NCBI RefSeq assembly: GCF_006345805.1
Contig: NC_043021.1
Coordinates: 6,138,001-6,202,000 of the forward strand
DNA length: 64,000 nt
Direction: 5' to 3'
Source: Octopus sinensis
Taxonomy: Eukaryota
A program made the position numbers and the translations under genes. Below the pieces are notes generated by a model. The model was not told the DNA's origin and did not search any database. It was given only the letters and a program-made list of their open reading frames with translations. Positions 11,772 to 25,562 of this stretch are shown piece by piece. The stretch's first letter is position 1; the number at the start of each line of letters is the position of its first letter.

Positions 11772-13151
11772 TAATTGAAGTGTACAGTATTATATATCCA
11801 TTACAGCCAATCTTACCAATCAGTTTTGTACTAGGGGTTTAATGGAGTGTTAGATACCAGGTCAGTTATGTAACCCTGTGCTCGTCAGAGATGGCAGTTA
11901 ATGAATATAGATGGTGTGTGTGTATATATATATAGATAGGTAGATAGATATAGATATAGTCACTTCATGCTGTTCTGTTAGTTTACAGTTGACTGATACC
12001 TACCAGAATGTAAGAAGCTACATTCTCCCACACTAACTACAACAAGGAATCACAGTAACAACAACAACAACAACAACAACAACAATTCTATACATTATCT
12101 GATATTATATGCCATCTCTTACACATTTGTTGGACACCTGTCTTGCGTGTTTCATATTCAGGTGACATGACTTATTGATATATATCAACAATAAGACAAC
12201 ATACTGGCAGAATTGTTAGCCCACTGAGCAAAATGATTAGCAGCATTTTGTCCATCTCTATGTTCCGAGTTCAAATCCTGCTGAGGTCGTCTTTGCCTTT
12301 TATCCTTTTGGGATCGATAAAATAAGTACCAGTTAATCACTGGGGTTGATATAATTGACTTATTTCCTCTACCGAACAAAATTTCAAACTGATATAAATA
12401 AACAACAGTATTGGTATCATCAACTACTGCCACTACTACTATTATTGTTAATGTGCTACCACTAGCACCAGTGTTACCACCACCACCACCATCACCACAA
12501 CCAGTATTCTTATTTCTTTATTGCCCACAAGTGGCTAAACATAGAGGGGACAAACAAGGACAAACAAAGGGATTAGGTTGATTACATTGACCCCAGTGTA
12601 TATAAATAACATTATTACCATATACATATATATAATATATATATATATTGTCTTGCAGAGTACTTGGTGACCCTGTCAGTGCAGGTGCCACTTAAAAGCA
12701 CCCAGTCTACACTGTAAAATGATTGGTTTTCAGAAGGGCATCCAGCTGTAAAAAAACCTTGCCAAAACTGACCTTGCCTATGCTTGTGCCACATAAAAGG
12801 CACTACTCACCTCACCTGTGCTTGTGCCATGAAAAAAAGCACTAAGTCCACTCAGGTGAGTGGTTTGGTGTTGGGAAGGGCATCTAGCTGTAAAACCTGC
12901 CAAAACAGTCACAGAAGTCTGATGCAGGCTTTGGCCTGGCTGGCTCTTGTGAAACCATCCAACCCATGCTAGCAGGGAAGGCAGACATTAAACAATGATA
13001 TACACACACATATATATATATATACAAATGTATGTGTGTGTGTGTAAGAGTTTGGATGATGTTGTATAGAAGAATATATCAATCAATGAAATTCTAATTT
13101 AGTCTGATTTTCATGTTCTATCATTTGCAATTTTCACAAATTTACAATAGT

Positions 13152-13552
13152 CTTCTCTTTTTCTCTTTTACTTGTTTCAGTCATTTGACTGCAGCCATGC
13201 TGGAGCACCACCTTTAGTCAAGTAAATCGACCCCAGGACTTATTCTTTGTAAGCCTACTACTTATTCTATCAGTCTCTTTTGCCGAACCGCTAAGTTACG
13301 GGGGACGTAAACACACCAGCATCAGTTGTCAAGCGATGTTGGGGGGGGACAAACACAGACACACAAACATATATATATACATATACATATATACGACGGA
13401 CTTCTTTCAGTTTCCGTCTACCAAATCCACTCACAAGGCTTTGGTCAGCCCGAGGCTATAGTAGAAGACACTTTGCCCAAGTTGCCACACAGTGGGACTG
13501 AACCTGGAAACATATGGTTGGTAAGCAAGCTACTTACCACACAGCCATTCCT
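13152..13552 (-). mobile_element. SINE family B
   Basis: Head, body and tail match. Confidence 0.85.
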
Positions 13553-13920
13553 AGCAGTCGTGTTCCACAAATGACAACAGGGCTATAGTAGAAGATGCCT
13601 GTCCAATTTGCTGTCAAGCAGAGCTTCTCTCTTAACCCTCATGTCTTTCTTTGAAAGGTTTGTTAAGTTCATGGAATATAGTTGTGTCATTCTAAACATA
13701 TCTCAGGCAACACCAGTTAACAGAACTACCTTGTCTGTAGAGATTATCCCAAGCAGGAAATGACCTTTTTCCTTAAAACTGCCAGACTAAGGATTTTTGA
13801 AAGCTGTCTCTAATCAGAAAGTCCTCTGCAAAGTGGATTCGTGGATAGATAGAGATAGAGAGAGAGTGATAGAGATAAATAGATAGATAGATAGATAGAC
13901 TGACGGACAGATTGATAGAT

Positions 13921-14305
13921 GGAAGCACTCCATCGGTTACGACGACGAGGGTTCCGGTTGATCCGAATCAACGGAACAGCCTGCTCGTGAAATTAACATG
14001 TAAGTGGCTGAGCACTCCACAGACACATGTACCCTTAACGTAGTTCTCGGGGATATTCAGCGTGACACAGAGAGTGACAAGGCCGGCCCCTTTGAAATAC
14101 AGGTACAACAGAAACAGGAAGTAAGTGTGAGAGAAAGTTGTGGTGAAAGAGTACAGCAGGGATCACCACCATCCCCTGCTGGAGCCTCGTGGAGCTTTTA
14201 GGTGTTTTCGCTCAATAAACACTCACAACGTCCGGTCTGGGAATCGAAACTACGATCCTATGACCGCGAGTCCGCTGCCCTAACCACAGGGCCATTGCGC
14301 CTCCA
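13921..14305 (-). mobile_element. SINE family E, full copy
   Basis: Reverse complement of 2592-2981; TSD cagattgatagat at 13908-13920 and 14306-14318. Confidence 0.85.
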
Positions 14306-14687
14306 CAGATTGATAGATAGCGTGTAGGTGAATACACAATAAGAGTGATACAGACAACAGAAAATAGCACTCAAATGGATGATCACTTAAACTCCTTTTC
14401 ATCCAAGGCTAGTACCTTGGCATTGAAAGCCAGCTAAAAGAAAATCCTTATCAAGCTAGTAAAGGGGTCCCATTTGGGTGCAGTATAGTGAGCAACTCCT
14501 GGCAGCATAAATTACAGATGTTACGATTTATAGTGTTGGGGACTCTGCCACAAACAATGGGCCAGGACAGGTTATATGGAATGCCCTCAGTCTTGAGGTG
14601 CTGTATGTGGGTGGTTGGCAAGGGAAGTTGATTGTTTTGTGGCCCTATTTGAGAAGGAACTCAGCTATCAAAGGTTGTGTTGTTTAA

Positions 14688-14908
14688 CCCTTTAGTGTTC
14701 CCATTATTCTACCAAAATTAATGCTTCTTCATCCACATTGTTTTGAACTAATCATGCATTATCTCGTAGCTATGAGATTTTGATGAGGTAGCTGTTAATT
14801 TTTAAAACAATATTGTAGGGTTGGTCTGAGAGACCAGATCTGGCCAGTTTGAACATAAAACAGGCAGAATACTTTTGGCCGGATATGGCTGGTTTAAATG
14901 CTAAAGGG
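14688..14908. mobile_element. piggyBac-type MITE, second family
   Basis: TTAA|CCCTTTAG...CTAAAGGG|TTAA; degraded relative near 5405-5590. Confidence 0.85.
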
Positions 14909-15274
14909 TTAAAGTCATTGATACCTCCAATATATACCCTGGCTTCATACATGCGTGTGACTGTAACTGTAACATTAATATACATTGTTATAGTGCAAAC
15001 AGCTGCCATTCTGCAGACAATTTTGAGAAACCCCGTAATTGCAAGTTTTCCTATAGCTGGTAAACCGTAGGCCCATATAGGTCCTATTGATGGCCCATAA
15101 TATTTGTCCAGTAGGAGACCAGATGTCAGTACAGCTGTTGATGTAATTCTCTTTGCTTTCTTCATTCTGTAATCTGCCTTCTGTATTCCATGTAAATACA
15201 TGATGTAAGATGACTGGTGCTTATTTATCTTTCTATGCTTCTCTTTCTCTCTCTGTATGAATGTTTGTATATAC

Positions 15275-15557
15275 ATCATCATCATCGTTTAGCATCCGCT
15301 TTTCATGCTAGCATGGGTTGGACGGTTCAACTGGGGTCTGGGAAGTCAGAAGGCTGCACCAGGCCCAGTCTGATCTGGCAATGTTTCTACGACTGGATGC
15401 CCTTCCTAATGCCAACCACTCCGTGAGTGTAGTGGGTGCTTTTTACGTGCCACCGGCACAAGTGCCAGACGAGGGTGGCAAACAGCCATGATCGGATGGT
15501 GCTTTTTATGTGCCACTGGCACAGGGGCCAGGCGAGGCTGGCAACGGCCACGATCGG
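15275..15557 (-). mobile_element. Family C copy with ~60-bp internal repeats
   Basis: (GAT)n tail and repeated gtggcacgtaaaaagcacc units. Confidence 0.75.
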
Positions 15558-15968
15558 TATAATTAAAAGTATGCTGGTGCCATGTTAAAAGCACCCAGCA
15601 CACCATAAAGTGGTTGGTGTTAGGAAGGACATCCAGCCATGTTAGACTGGAACCTGATGTGCAGCTTCCCAGCTTGCAAGCTCTGGTCAAACAGTCAAAC
15701 CCATGCCAGCATGACAACCAACATTAAATGATGATTAATATTCTGGAGAGCACGGTACATTACCAGATGACAATAGTATGACAGATGACAATATTGGCAT
15801 ATGGAGTTCAAGGCAGGTTGTATAGTAAAAACAAATACAGATAACATAAGTGATATAAAATTTTAAATACCAAGTTACAAATGCCAACTATATTTTCTGC
15901 ATTCCTTATCAGAATGTGTGTGTGTGTGTGTGTGTGTAAATAAAACAAACTTGGATTTTAGCCCTAAC

Positions 15969-16001
<33 letters not shown>

Positions 16002-16018
16002 AATATTGTTGTTTGTTC

Positions 16019-16294
16019 CTTCTCAAGCCATGCCTGGCTCATATGGCCGGTTTCCCGGTATCCTTGGCGTATAGGTTCCTCACCTGGATGGGACAACGGT
16101 CGATACAGGTGAGCTGCAAGATGCAGGAGGAAAGAGTGAAAGTTGTGGCGAAAGAGTCAGCAGAAGTATGGCATTACCTTCTGCCAGAGTCGCGTGGAGC
16201 TTAGGTGTTTCACTCATAAACACACACATCGCCCGGCCTGAGATTCGAACCTGTGATCCCTCGACCGCGAGTCCGCTGCTCTAACCATTAGGCC
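16019..16294 (-). mobile_element. SINE with family E-type head and a different 3' module
   Basis: Head (rc) tggatgcacatggcctaatggttagagcagcggactcgcgg; body diverges from 2592-2981 after the ctctttcgccacaactttc block. Confidence 0.7.
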
Positions 16295-16801
16295 ATGTGC
16301 ATCCACATATATAAATATAGACATAAGATATATTGACCAAGTGCAGTTGTGGTATGATTAAGAGGCTTGCATCCCAACCATGTGGTATTGGGTTCAGTCC
16401 CACTGTGCAACAACTTCACAACGAAAGCCTTGAGAGTGAATTTGATAAATAGAAGCTGAAAAAAGTCCAGAGTGCGTGTGTCTGTGTGAACACATTTAGT
16501 GTGACCCATATAAGCATGAAAAAGTAGACATCAAATGATGATGATGATGATGTGTGGGTGTTACATGTAAGTAGGTATATTTTGACAACAAACTGGTATG
16601 TTTGGACAACAATATACATAGGTTGTTGAGATACTTCCTCGTCATTTCAAGGAAAAGCAATGAACTAGATCAGAAATGCAATGAACTAGATTGAGTCATT
16701 GTAAGATTGTAAAACCTATAACAAACAACAGCATTGTTTGCAAAAGGTGTGACACACAAACACACAAAATCTCAAGCTTAAGCTTAATATACATAAACAG
16801 A

Positions 16802-17445
16802 TATCATCATCATCATCATCATCATCATCATTTAACGTCTGCTTTCCATGCTGGCATGGGTTGGATGATTTGACTGAGGGCTGGCGAACCAGATGGCTGC
16901 ACCAGGCTCCAATCAGAGTTTCTATAGCTGGATGACCTTCCTAACACCAACCATTCCGAGAGTGTAGTGGGTGCTTTTTACATGCCACCGGCACGAGGGC
17001 CAGTCTGGTGGTACTGGCAATGGCCACACTTGAAATGGTGTTTTTTACATGCCACCTGCACAGGAGTCAGTCCAGCGGCACTGGCAATGACCTCGCTCGA
17101 ATGTTTTGTTCACGTGCCACCGGCACAAGTGCCAGTAAGGCAGCTCCGGTAACGATCATACTCAAATGGGGCATTTTACGTGCCACCAGCATGGAAGCCA
17201 GACAGCTGCTCTGGCAGTGATCCCACTCGGAGGGAGCTGTTAGTGCTCCACTGGCACGGGTGCCAGTCATCAAATATGGTTCAATTGCGATATATATCAT
17301 CATCATCATCATCGTTTAACGTCCGTTCTCCGGGGATCTGGGAAGCCAGAAGGCTGCACCAGGCTCCAGTCTTATCTGGCAATGTTTCTACAGCTGGATG
17401 CCCTTCCTAACGCCAACCACTCCGTGAGTGTAGTGGGTGCTTTTT
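16802..17445 (-). mobile_element. Family C copies (two pieces, several internal repeat units)
   Basis: (GAT)n tails near 16802-16830 and 17296-17312. Confidence 0.75.
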
Positions 17446-17589
17446 TATATATATATACCGGAGTAAACACATAAATGTGAAACAAGGTGGAAAAAAGAGT
17501 ACTCAAATACCAGTGGTAGAGTAATATGAATGGCAACGGAAAACTCAGAGTAACAGGTTTTGTTGAATTTTCTGCTGCTTTAAATAAAG

Positions 17590-18062
17590 CATTTCATTTC
17601 ATTTCATTTCATTTGGGTTTGAGTCCATGCTCAGGCCAAGTCGAAGACTCCACCCTCAGAGTCTGGTGTGGTTGCCAGGTTGTATTCTCTGCTTAATTTT
17701 GACATGTGTAGGAGCGAGTTTGAGTCAGTTTGTGCTCGTTGTGTATATCCTGGGAGATGGGTTCATCTCTAATGGTGCTTAAGTATCTATCCAGTTGCAA
17801 TTTGAATGATTCCACACTGCATCCTGATAGATTTCTGACATGTACCGGAATGGAGTTGAACAGTTGTGCTCCTCGAACCAACAGACTTGATTCTCGCAGG
17901 GTTTTTGCTGCCTGGCCAGCCTTTTTGTTGATTGGTGGCAGCTGGCAGCGTCTTCCGTGGCGCAGTGAGTGGTAGGTTTTGATACCAAAGTTTGGCACCT
18001 TCTGCCCTATCATTTTCCAAATGTATATAATTCGGTATCGCTCAAATCTTCTTTCTATTGAA
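17590..18062 (-). mobile_element. CR1-group LINE 3' end
   Basis: ERRFERYRIIYIWKMI...RESSLLVRGAQLFNSIP...FKLQLDRYLSTIRDEP; (AAATG)n tail. Confidence 0.8.
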
Positions 18063-18750
18063 GCATATATATAAAGCATATATATAAAGCATATATATAT
18101 ACACACACACAGATATATAGAGAGACACATGTACTTATGCATTTGTCTGTCTGTCTGTCTATCTTTTGCTTAGGCACTGCATGACTAACAACCTGGTGTA
18201 GGTCCTAATATATACATATGCTTCAGAACAAATTGTCAGGCGAGTATAGAGCAGTAATAAGAAAAAAGAGAAGACAAAGGAATTAACGATTATCTTATGA
18301 ACTTCATTAGCTTACATTTTTGAATCCCATACCAGGAAAGGCTGCAAGTTAATCAAGTTCATAACTGCTTATTTCTCTGTCATCTAATTTTTCTTGTGTG
18401 TGTGAGGGGTAGGGTGGGGTGGGGTGGGGTGGGGGATGATGGAGTAATGCAATCTGAAAAGATCTTGGTACAGGAAGTTAGTAAGCATCATGCACGTGCA
18501 TAGCCTGTATAGATGACATAAAGCGGTCGATACTCGATTGATAAAGTTTATTAATCATCATATGTTGTCCACTTTGTTCCATATCAAATTAGATGAGATT
18601 TCGATAAGATGACAGCCACTATACAACATAGTGAAGATTGCTAATTCCGTGATTATAAATTAAAGGGTGTAGGGAATGGAGAAGGTAAATCTGTACTATA
18701 CATGTTCCCAAGCCAATCTGGACATGTCTTACATAACTCAAGGTGGTAAC

Positions 18751-18813
<63 letters not shown>

Positions 18814-18837
18814 TATGTATATATGCTATATATATAT

Positions 18838-19138
18838 CACCGTGACCGACCAGACTATCAGATGTTGCTACACATCGCTGGTCACAATGCGCTTTGCATT
18901 GTTTTAGCCTTCAAATGACGCCACCCCGCTGGCTAAGCGAGCAGGCCAACAGAAGAAAGAGTGAGAGAAAATTGTGGCAAAAGAGTACAGCAGGGATCGC
19001 CACCAACCCCTGCCGGAGCCTCGTGGAGCTTTAGGTGTTTTCGCTCGATAAACACACACAACGCCCGGTATGGGAATCGAAACCACGATCCTACGACCGC
19101 GAGTCCGCTGCCCTAACCACTGGGCCATTGCGCCTCCA
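18838..19138 (-). mobile_element. SINE with family E head and a third 3' module
   Basis: Head and first ~190 bp match 2592 copy; 3' end unrelated (rc ...ctggtcggtcacggtga). Confidence 0.75.
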
Positions 19139-19473
19139 CATATATATATACATATGTATATATGCTATATATGTATATATGCTATATATATACATATGTA
19201 TATATGCTATCTATATATATATATATATATATGTATATATGCTATTTATATATATATATATATGTATATATGCTATTTATATATATATATATATGTATAT
19301 ATGCTATTTATATATATATGTATGTATATCCTGCTATTTCAGCATGGTGGTATCTCTCAGATACCCTAATTTATAGTTTAAAATAATTATTACCTTTGTA
19401 TGGTATTTATTCCCATGCTGGCCACTTGATAAGATCGATATTTAAATATCGATATTATCCTTATTTATAAATT

Positions 19474-19504
<31 letters not shown>

Positions 19505-19508
<4 letters not shown>

Positions 19509-20295
19509 CAACCAAATACCTGATTCACAAAAGGGACAGAGATGCAGGAGAAGCAGCAAAATGTGATAACTGAAGCAGACCTTGTGGAGTTAACACCGAA
19601 GATGTCACCCACATCATGATCAGTTGTGTGAAGATGTCATCACAGTATCATCAACCGATTAGATATGATGTAGCTAGGACACTGTATGATGAGGTCCATT
19701 GAAAGGATAACTTCAAGGCTAAAGAAATAAGAACCTATAGAATGGTAGAAGCCATAGGCACTCATAATTTAAAGCAGTACTGGTGGAATGTCCTAGAGAA
19801 AACCTCAATAAAATGTAAACATAACAACCTAACATAGTGATTTGGGATAGAGAAGAGAAACTGTGTACAGTTGTGGAAATCCTCTGCCCTGCAGATGTTA
19901 ACATAAAGCTAAAGATCAGCGAAAAAGGAATACCTACGCTGAACTATTGAGCATTACAAGTTCAGGTTTATACCTGTTATTATTGAGGTACTGGGATATG
20001 TAGTACACTGACTAAATACCAATCTTGAGAAATTAGGCTTCTCAAGCCGTCACTGAAACCGTAAAAATCTGTGAAACTTCTCATCAGTTTATCACTTAAA
20101 TATATATGAGCATATCTAGACATGCAACTGTATGCATGAGAATACATAAAACAGAACATACAAACCTGCACATATACATACATACATACAAAAATGCCCT
20201 GTTGATGTTGTAGAAATTCCAATGCAGGAGGCTTGGATCTATGTTAGAAACCGGCTCTACTGGCAAAAAATCTTGAAATAAAACTGAACAATAAC
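19505..20295 (+). mobile_element. Degraded RLE-type non-LTR retrotransposon (R4/Dong-like), 3' part
   Basis: Zn-knuckle CGVNTEDVTHIMISC, then PNIVIWDREEKLCTVVEILCPAD (PD-(D/E)xK nuclease) with stops and frameshifts; end aaataaaactgaacaataac. Confidence 0.7.
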
Positions 20296-20619
20296 AGACA
20301 TACGTATATAAAGATATATCTATATATATATATATATATATATAATATATCTATATATAATATATATATATATATTATATATATATATATATATAGAGAA
20401 AAAAGGACAACAAAAACCAAGCAGGAGAGGTATCTTAAGTCATTTAGAATATTTGATCAGGGTAAGGTGAATTTGAAGTCTTTACAGCTGTTTCTGGGAG
20501 ATCCCAAGTGATAGAAATTCCAGGCGTGGAAGCAAACCTGGTATTAAATGTTCTTAAAGTTAACTTAGCAAAGACCAGTGTTTGAGTAAGCAGAAATATA
20601 GCATGTTAATCTCTTCAGG

Positions 20620-21330
20620 AAAACGAACCTGTTCAATATGTAGAAAAGATTTTGGTAGAAAGCACAAATTATAGATACATAAAAGGCACAGTGGAATCAC
20701 AAGCAAATTAACAGAAAAAGTAGACTTTGCTTGTGGCAGATGTGCAGAGCAATAGACACTAGGGACACTAGGAAATAGATTTTCTCAAATGCTCAGGAGC
20801 ATCCTAAGAGGTTTTGGTTACCTAAGTCACCTGATTAGTAGAAGGGGATGTTCTGAAAGTACAGTAGGTAGAATATGAACCGGGTGAAGAAAGTTCAGAG
20901 GGCTGTTGCCACTGTGGTAACAAAAGGCCTCTCTCTCAGTGTGATACTTCTGTACACTAAAGAATACTACATGGTAGTGAAACATGAGCTGTAAAAGTAG
21001 ATGACATGTGATGACTAAAATTGAATGAAGCTAGAATACTCTGCAGGGTGTGCAACATCAATGTCCATGTACAACAAAGTACCAAAGTACAAACGTGTTC
21101 AGTGAAAAATTGGGCGTAAGATGTAATGTGCCTGAGAGAAAATGGTGTTAGCATGGGTACGAGACGCATATGAAAGGGGACAACTGCATAAAGAAGTTTG
21201 CTCATCGAATATGAATGGAACCTGTGGAAGAGGGAGACCCAGGAAGATTTTGGACAAAATAGTGAAGCCCAACTTCTATTTGTTGAGCCTAATGGTGGAG
21301 AAGACAAAGGACTGAGATTGTTGGAAATTC
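20620..21330 (+). mobile_element. Degraded RTE LINE ORF2 (same family as 33126-34020 and 42617-42995)
   Basis: Remnants of CSICRK..CGRC, LHGSET.AVK and NGTCGRGRPRK with many lesions. Confidence 0.7.
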
Positions 21331-21875
21331 ACTTTGCTGAAGAAGACCCAGCTATCTTAGTTACAAAAAAGGGGGCCCTCAAAGCATACCATTTGTGTCT
21401 CTGCTCACTCCCACTTAATCTGTACTTATCAGGCCTTCACCACAACTCTCCTTTCTAACATTCATTACTCCATGGTTCTTCTAACTATGGTACTATTCAA
21501 TCAGCTGTGTTATAATTATGGGAGCAGAATATATGATATATATATATACACACACACACACTCAGATATACATATAAATATATATACACACATACACATA
21601 TATATATATACATACACATCTACATACCTACATACATCTATACATTTATGATATATATATATATATAACACACACACACACACTCACATATTCATATAAA
21701 TATATATACACATATATATACATATGCATCTATATACCTACATACATCTATATATCATATATATGATATATATATATATATATATACACCCATACTCACA
21801 TATACATATAATATATAACACACATACACATACATATACATATGCATCTATATACCTACATACATCTATACATAC

Positions 21876-21938
<63 letters not shown>

Positions 21939-22113
21939 ATATATATATATATAATATTATATATATATATGAATGCTTAGGGTATCTAAAGGAATAGAAT
22001 ATAGCAGTATATGCATTGAGTGTGTATGTGTATAATCAAACTAACGAAAGACTGCAGAGTTAATTAATTAATGATTAAACACTCATAGAAATTATGCAAG
22101 CCTATATACATAC

Positions 22114-22167
<54 letters not shown>

Positions 22168-22320
22168 TGTTGTGTGATGTGTATGTATGTATGCATGTAT
22201 GTATACACCACCAAAACGATCGCGCCAGCGTGAGGTAATTCATCACACGCACGCACACCCAGGTGGGTGTGTTGGGTGTGTGCAGTACGTTCGTGTGTGT
22301 GTGTGTGTTTGTATGCGCGC

Positions 22321-22361
<41 letters not shown>

Positions 22362-23090
22362 ATGTAGGTATGTGTAATTTATGTATGTATGTATGCATAT
22401 TAAAAAAAGACAGTGAAGTTTGTTTTTACCTTGCATCCAACACGGTTACTTATTAAAAACTAAACACAACAGGTACAAGTGGTTTTGTAGACGAAATTGA
22501 GAGAAAGAACGAGAGAGAGACGAGGAATTCTAGTCTTTGACTGGGTTTTCTTTCGCTTTAGTTGTTCGACATCAACAGTTTCTTGTGCTGCTTTTGCATT
22601 AAAATATAATGCGTTTGTATATATATATATATATATGTATAATAAATATAATGGAAAAAAAATTTCCGAATATTACTTTATAATAAAACCACCTTGACTT
22701 TCGTACGAAATGATGCGATAGAAGGTTGCTCTATTGCTTTTGTCTTTTTTTTCCCCCTGTTTTTCTCTTTTGCTACCCTTTAAAATTCGATGATTCTAGA
22801 GAAAGAGAAAGAGAGAGAGAGGGTATTGTTGTTAAGACATGTACATTATGTATATGTGTGTGCGCGCGTGTGCAGCATAGCATCTACCAATGTAGGCTTA
22901 TTACGGCATCAATGTACATACGTGTGTGTGTGTGTGTGTGCGCGTGCGCGCGTATACGTCGCACTTAGACGGAGAGGTAAGAAGCAATGTTGATTTATAA
23001 AAGACCACCTTGGATTTCTTACAAAATTATACTAAGGAAGTTGTTTCGTTTTCCCCTGTTTCACTATCTATTCCACGAGCTTTGAGTTGA

Positions 23091-23155
<65 letters not shown>

Positions 23156-23216
23156 GTTCGCGCCCGCGCGAGTACATAGATACATATTGTAGTGCACCTG
23201 AGCACTGTACACAATG

Positions 23217-23217
<1 letters not shown>

Positions 23218-23259
<42 letters not shown>

Positions 23260-23362
23260 TAGTTTTATTTTTATAGCATGCTTTCACTTCACTACCGAGC
23301 GCAGCTCTGTGTGCCTTGGGTATGTGCTGTGATTTGTTGTGATGCTCTTATTATTATTATTA
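23218..23362 (-). mobile_element. Short non-LTR 3' end with (AAT)n tail inside an (ATT)n array
   Basis: rc ...gtagtgaagtgaaagcatgctataaaaataaaactactg(aat)n; (ATT)n on both sides. Confidence 0.5.
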
Positions 23363-24483
23363 TACATAGTAGAAAAGAACTGTAGTTGTGTGCGTCGTAA
23401 AAAAAAAAAACTCCAAAAAAATCAATAGGTATAGAAGTAAAATTATTAAAGAGGTTGGTATGTCGTGAGAAGTTTTGAGTGTTTCATGAAAAAAAAAAAA
23501 AAAAAAGGAGTCATTCTTCGGGGGGTAACAGGGAAGTTAGGAACAAGTACCCAAGTGTTACCCTTTCCAACTAAAAGAGGGGCTGCCTCTTATTCAGAAA
23601 GGAAGAGACGAACTTGTATTTTTTTTCCTGAAACATCGGAAGCTTCTCCGGACAACGCGTAACCCAACTTATGTAATTTCGTTTCATACATACATAAACA
23701 CACACACACACGTGCGTATATACATGTATGGAGATAGATATAGATAGAGAGAGAGAGAGAGGGAGAGACAGACAGACAGACAGAGAGGGGCTCAGACAAT
23801 TCTTTGACGCAAAAGAATGTCCCATTACGCACATCTCTATTTCTCTCACTCTCTCCACTTCACCCCACGTCTAATTCTCTCGTATTTTCTCTTTACCAGT
23901 GTCATACCAATATCGGTCTGTGTTTTCATAGCATTTTTTTTTTACATAAACACTTTCAATCATCACAACATTAATTTCTATTATTATGTATTCAAATATT
24001 TTATTGACAGTAATGTAGAAACGGAGGAAGAATTGGTTGCAGTATCAGGAGAGTCAGACGACCACATATGAGGCTTCTCCTCTCACTCAAGCCACTGTCT
24101 TCCAATCAGCACAAAAGAACAGCAAACCCAACCAACAATCGCCCTCAACAACATATACATAACACATACGCACACACCACCACCACCAGCAGCAGAGAGC
24201 ATTGAGTACAATCAACCATTCATTACACTCCATGACATAAAAATAATACAAAATTACTAAGAGTTTGTTGAAATAACATATACGGTTCGTTTATGTCACT
24301 TTCTTTACCCAGAACAATTACAAGTACCACATTTGACCATGAGATTGAAACAACAACGGTATACACACACAATACATTAGATGCATCATGGATTATGCTA
24401 TTCCTACTCCAGGCCGGGATCTCTGTACAACAAACCCCCGATAAACTACGAGTACAAAACACTACACATCTTAAATGGGTATG

Positions 24484-24651
24484 GTGCAGGAGTGGCTGTG
24501 TGGTAAGTAGCTTGCTTACCAACTGCATGGTTCCGGGGGTTCAGTCCCGCTGCGTGGTATCTTGGGCAAGTGTCTTCTGCTATAGCCCCGGGCCGACCAA
24601 TGCCTTGTGAGTGGATTTAGCAGACGGAAACTGAAAGAAGCCTGTCGTATG

Positions 24652-24683
<32 letters not shown>

Positions 24684-24896
24684 GTTTGTGTGTCTGTGTT
24701 TGTCCCCCTAGCATTGCTTGACAACCAATGCTGGAGTGTTTACGTCCCCGTCACTTAGCGGTTCGGCAAAAGAGACCGATAGAATAAGTACTGGGCTTAC
24801 AAAAAGAATAAGTCCCGGGGTCGATTTGCTCGACTAAAAAAAGGCGGTGCTCCAGTATGGCCACAGTCAAATGACTGAAGCAAGTAAGAGAGTAAA
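24484..24896 (+). mobile_element. SINE family B
   Basis: Full head-to-tail match. Confidence 0.85.
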
Positions 24897-25506
24897 AAGA
24901 AAAAGAAAGACCTCATCCATTACATTACCTTCCCAACAAAACATACTAAAAAGCGAAAACGGAGCAGAACAAGCATCGGATACTTTGTTGCAGCAGTAAG
25001 CTACAGACCCCCCACAGCTCCAAACATTGTGTTGGGATGCACACATCACCACCAACGAATGTAGAGGAACAGGAACAATTGTGCTCTGGGCTCTGACCTT
25101 AATGCACTTTACCCAATGCTTATTGCGGCCACCATGGGAATCTACAGAGAATGATAGTAACTGCAGGAGAAGAGAAATAAACTCGATAGCTGGAAAGAGA
25201 GAGCAACATGCCCTCACTGTCATGCTACATCCTGTATGATTCATCACTCCATGTGTGATAATGCAGTATGGTGTCATTTAGGTGAACACATGGTCTGATT
25301 GGGAAGTTTGAATTCGTGGGTCGCGTTACCTCATTGTTAACGACAAACCTGCGTACCTAAGAACTAACTGCTCTGTAAAGGCTGACCTGAGGTTGCAAAA
25401 CAACTTATATGCAGTCTCTCTTCTCCACTCTGTCTGTCTATCTATCTGCCTGTCATACATGGACCGACTGCTGGAGCAATTGCATACACAGATGCGTGTG
25501 AATAAC

Positions 25507-25509
<3 letters not shown>

Positions 25510-25562
<53 letters not shown>

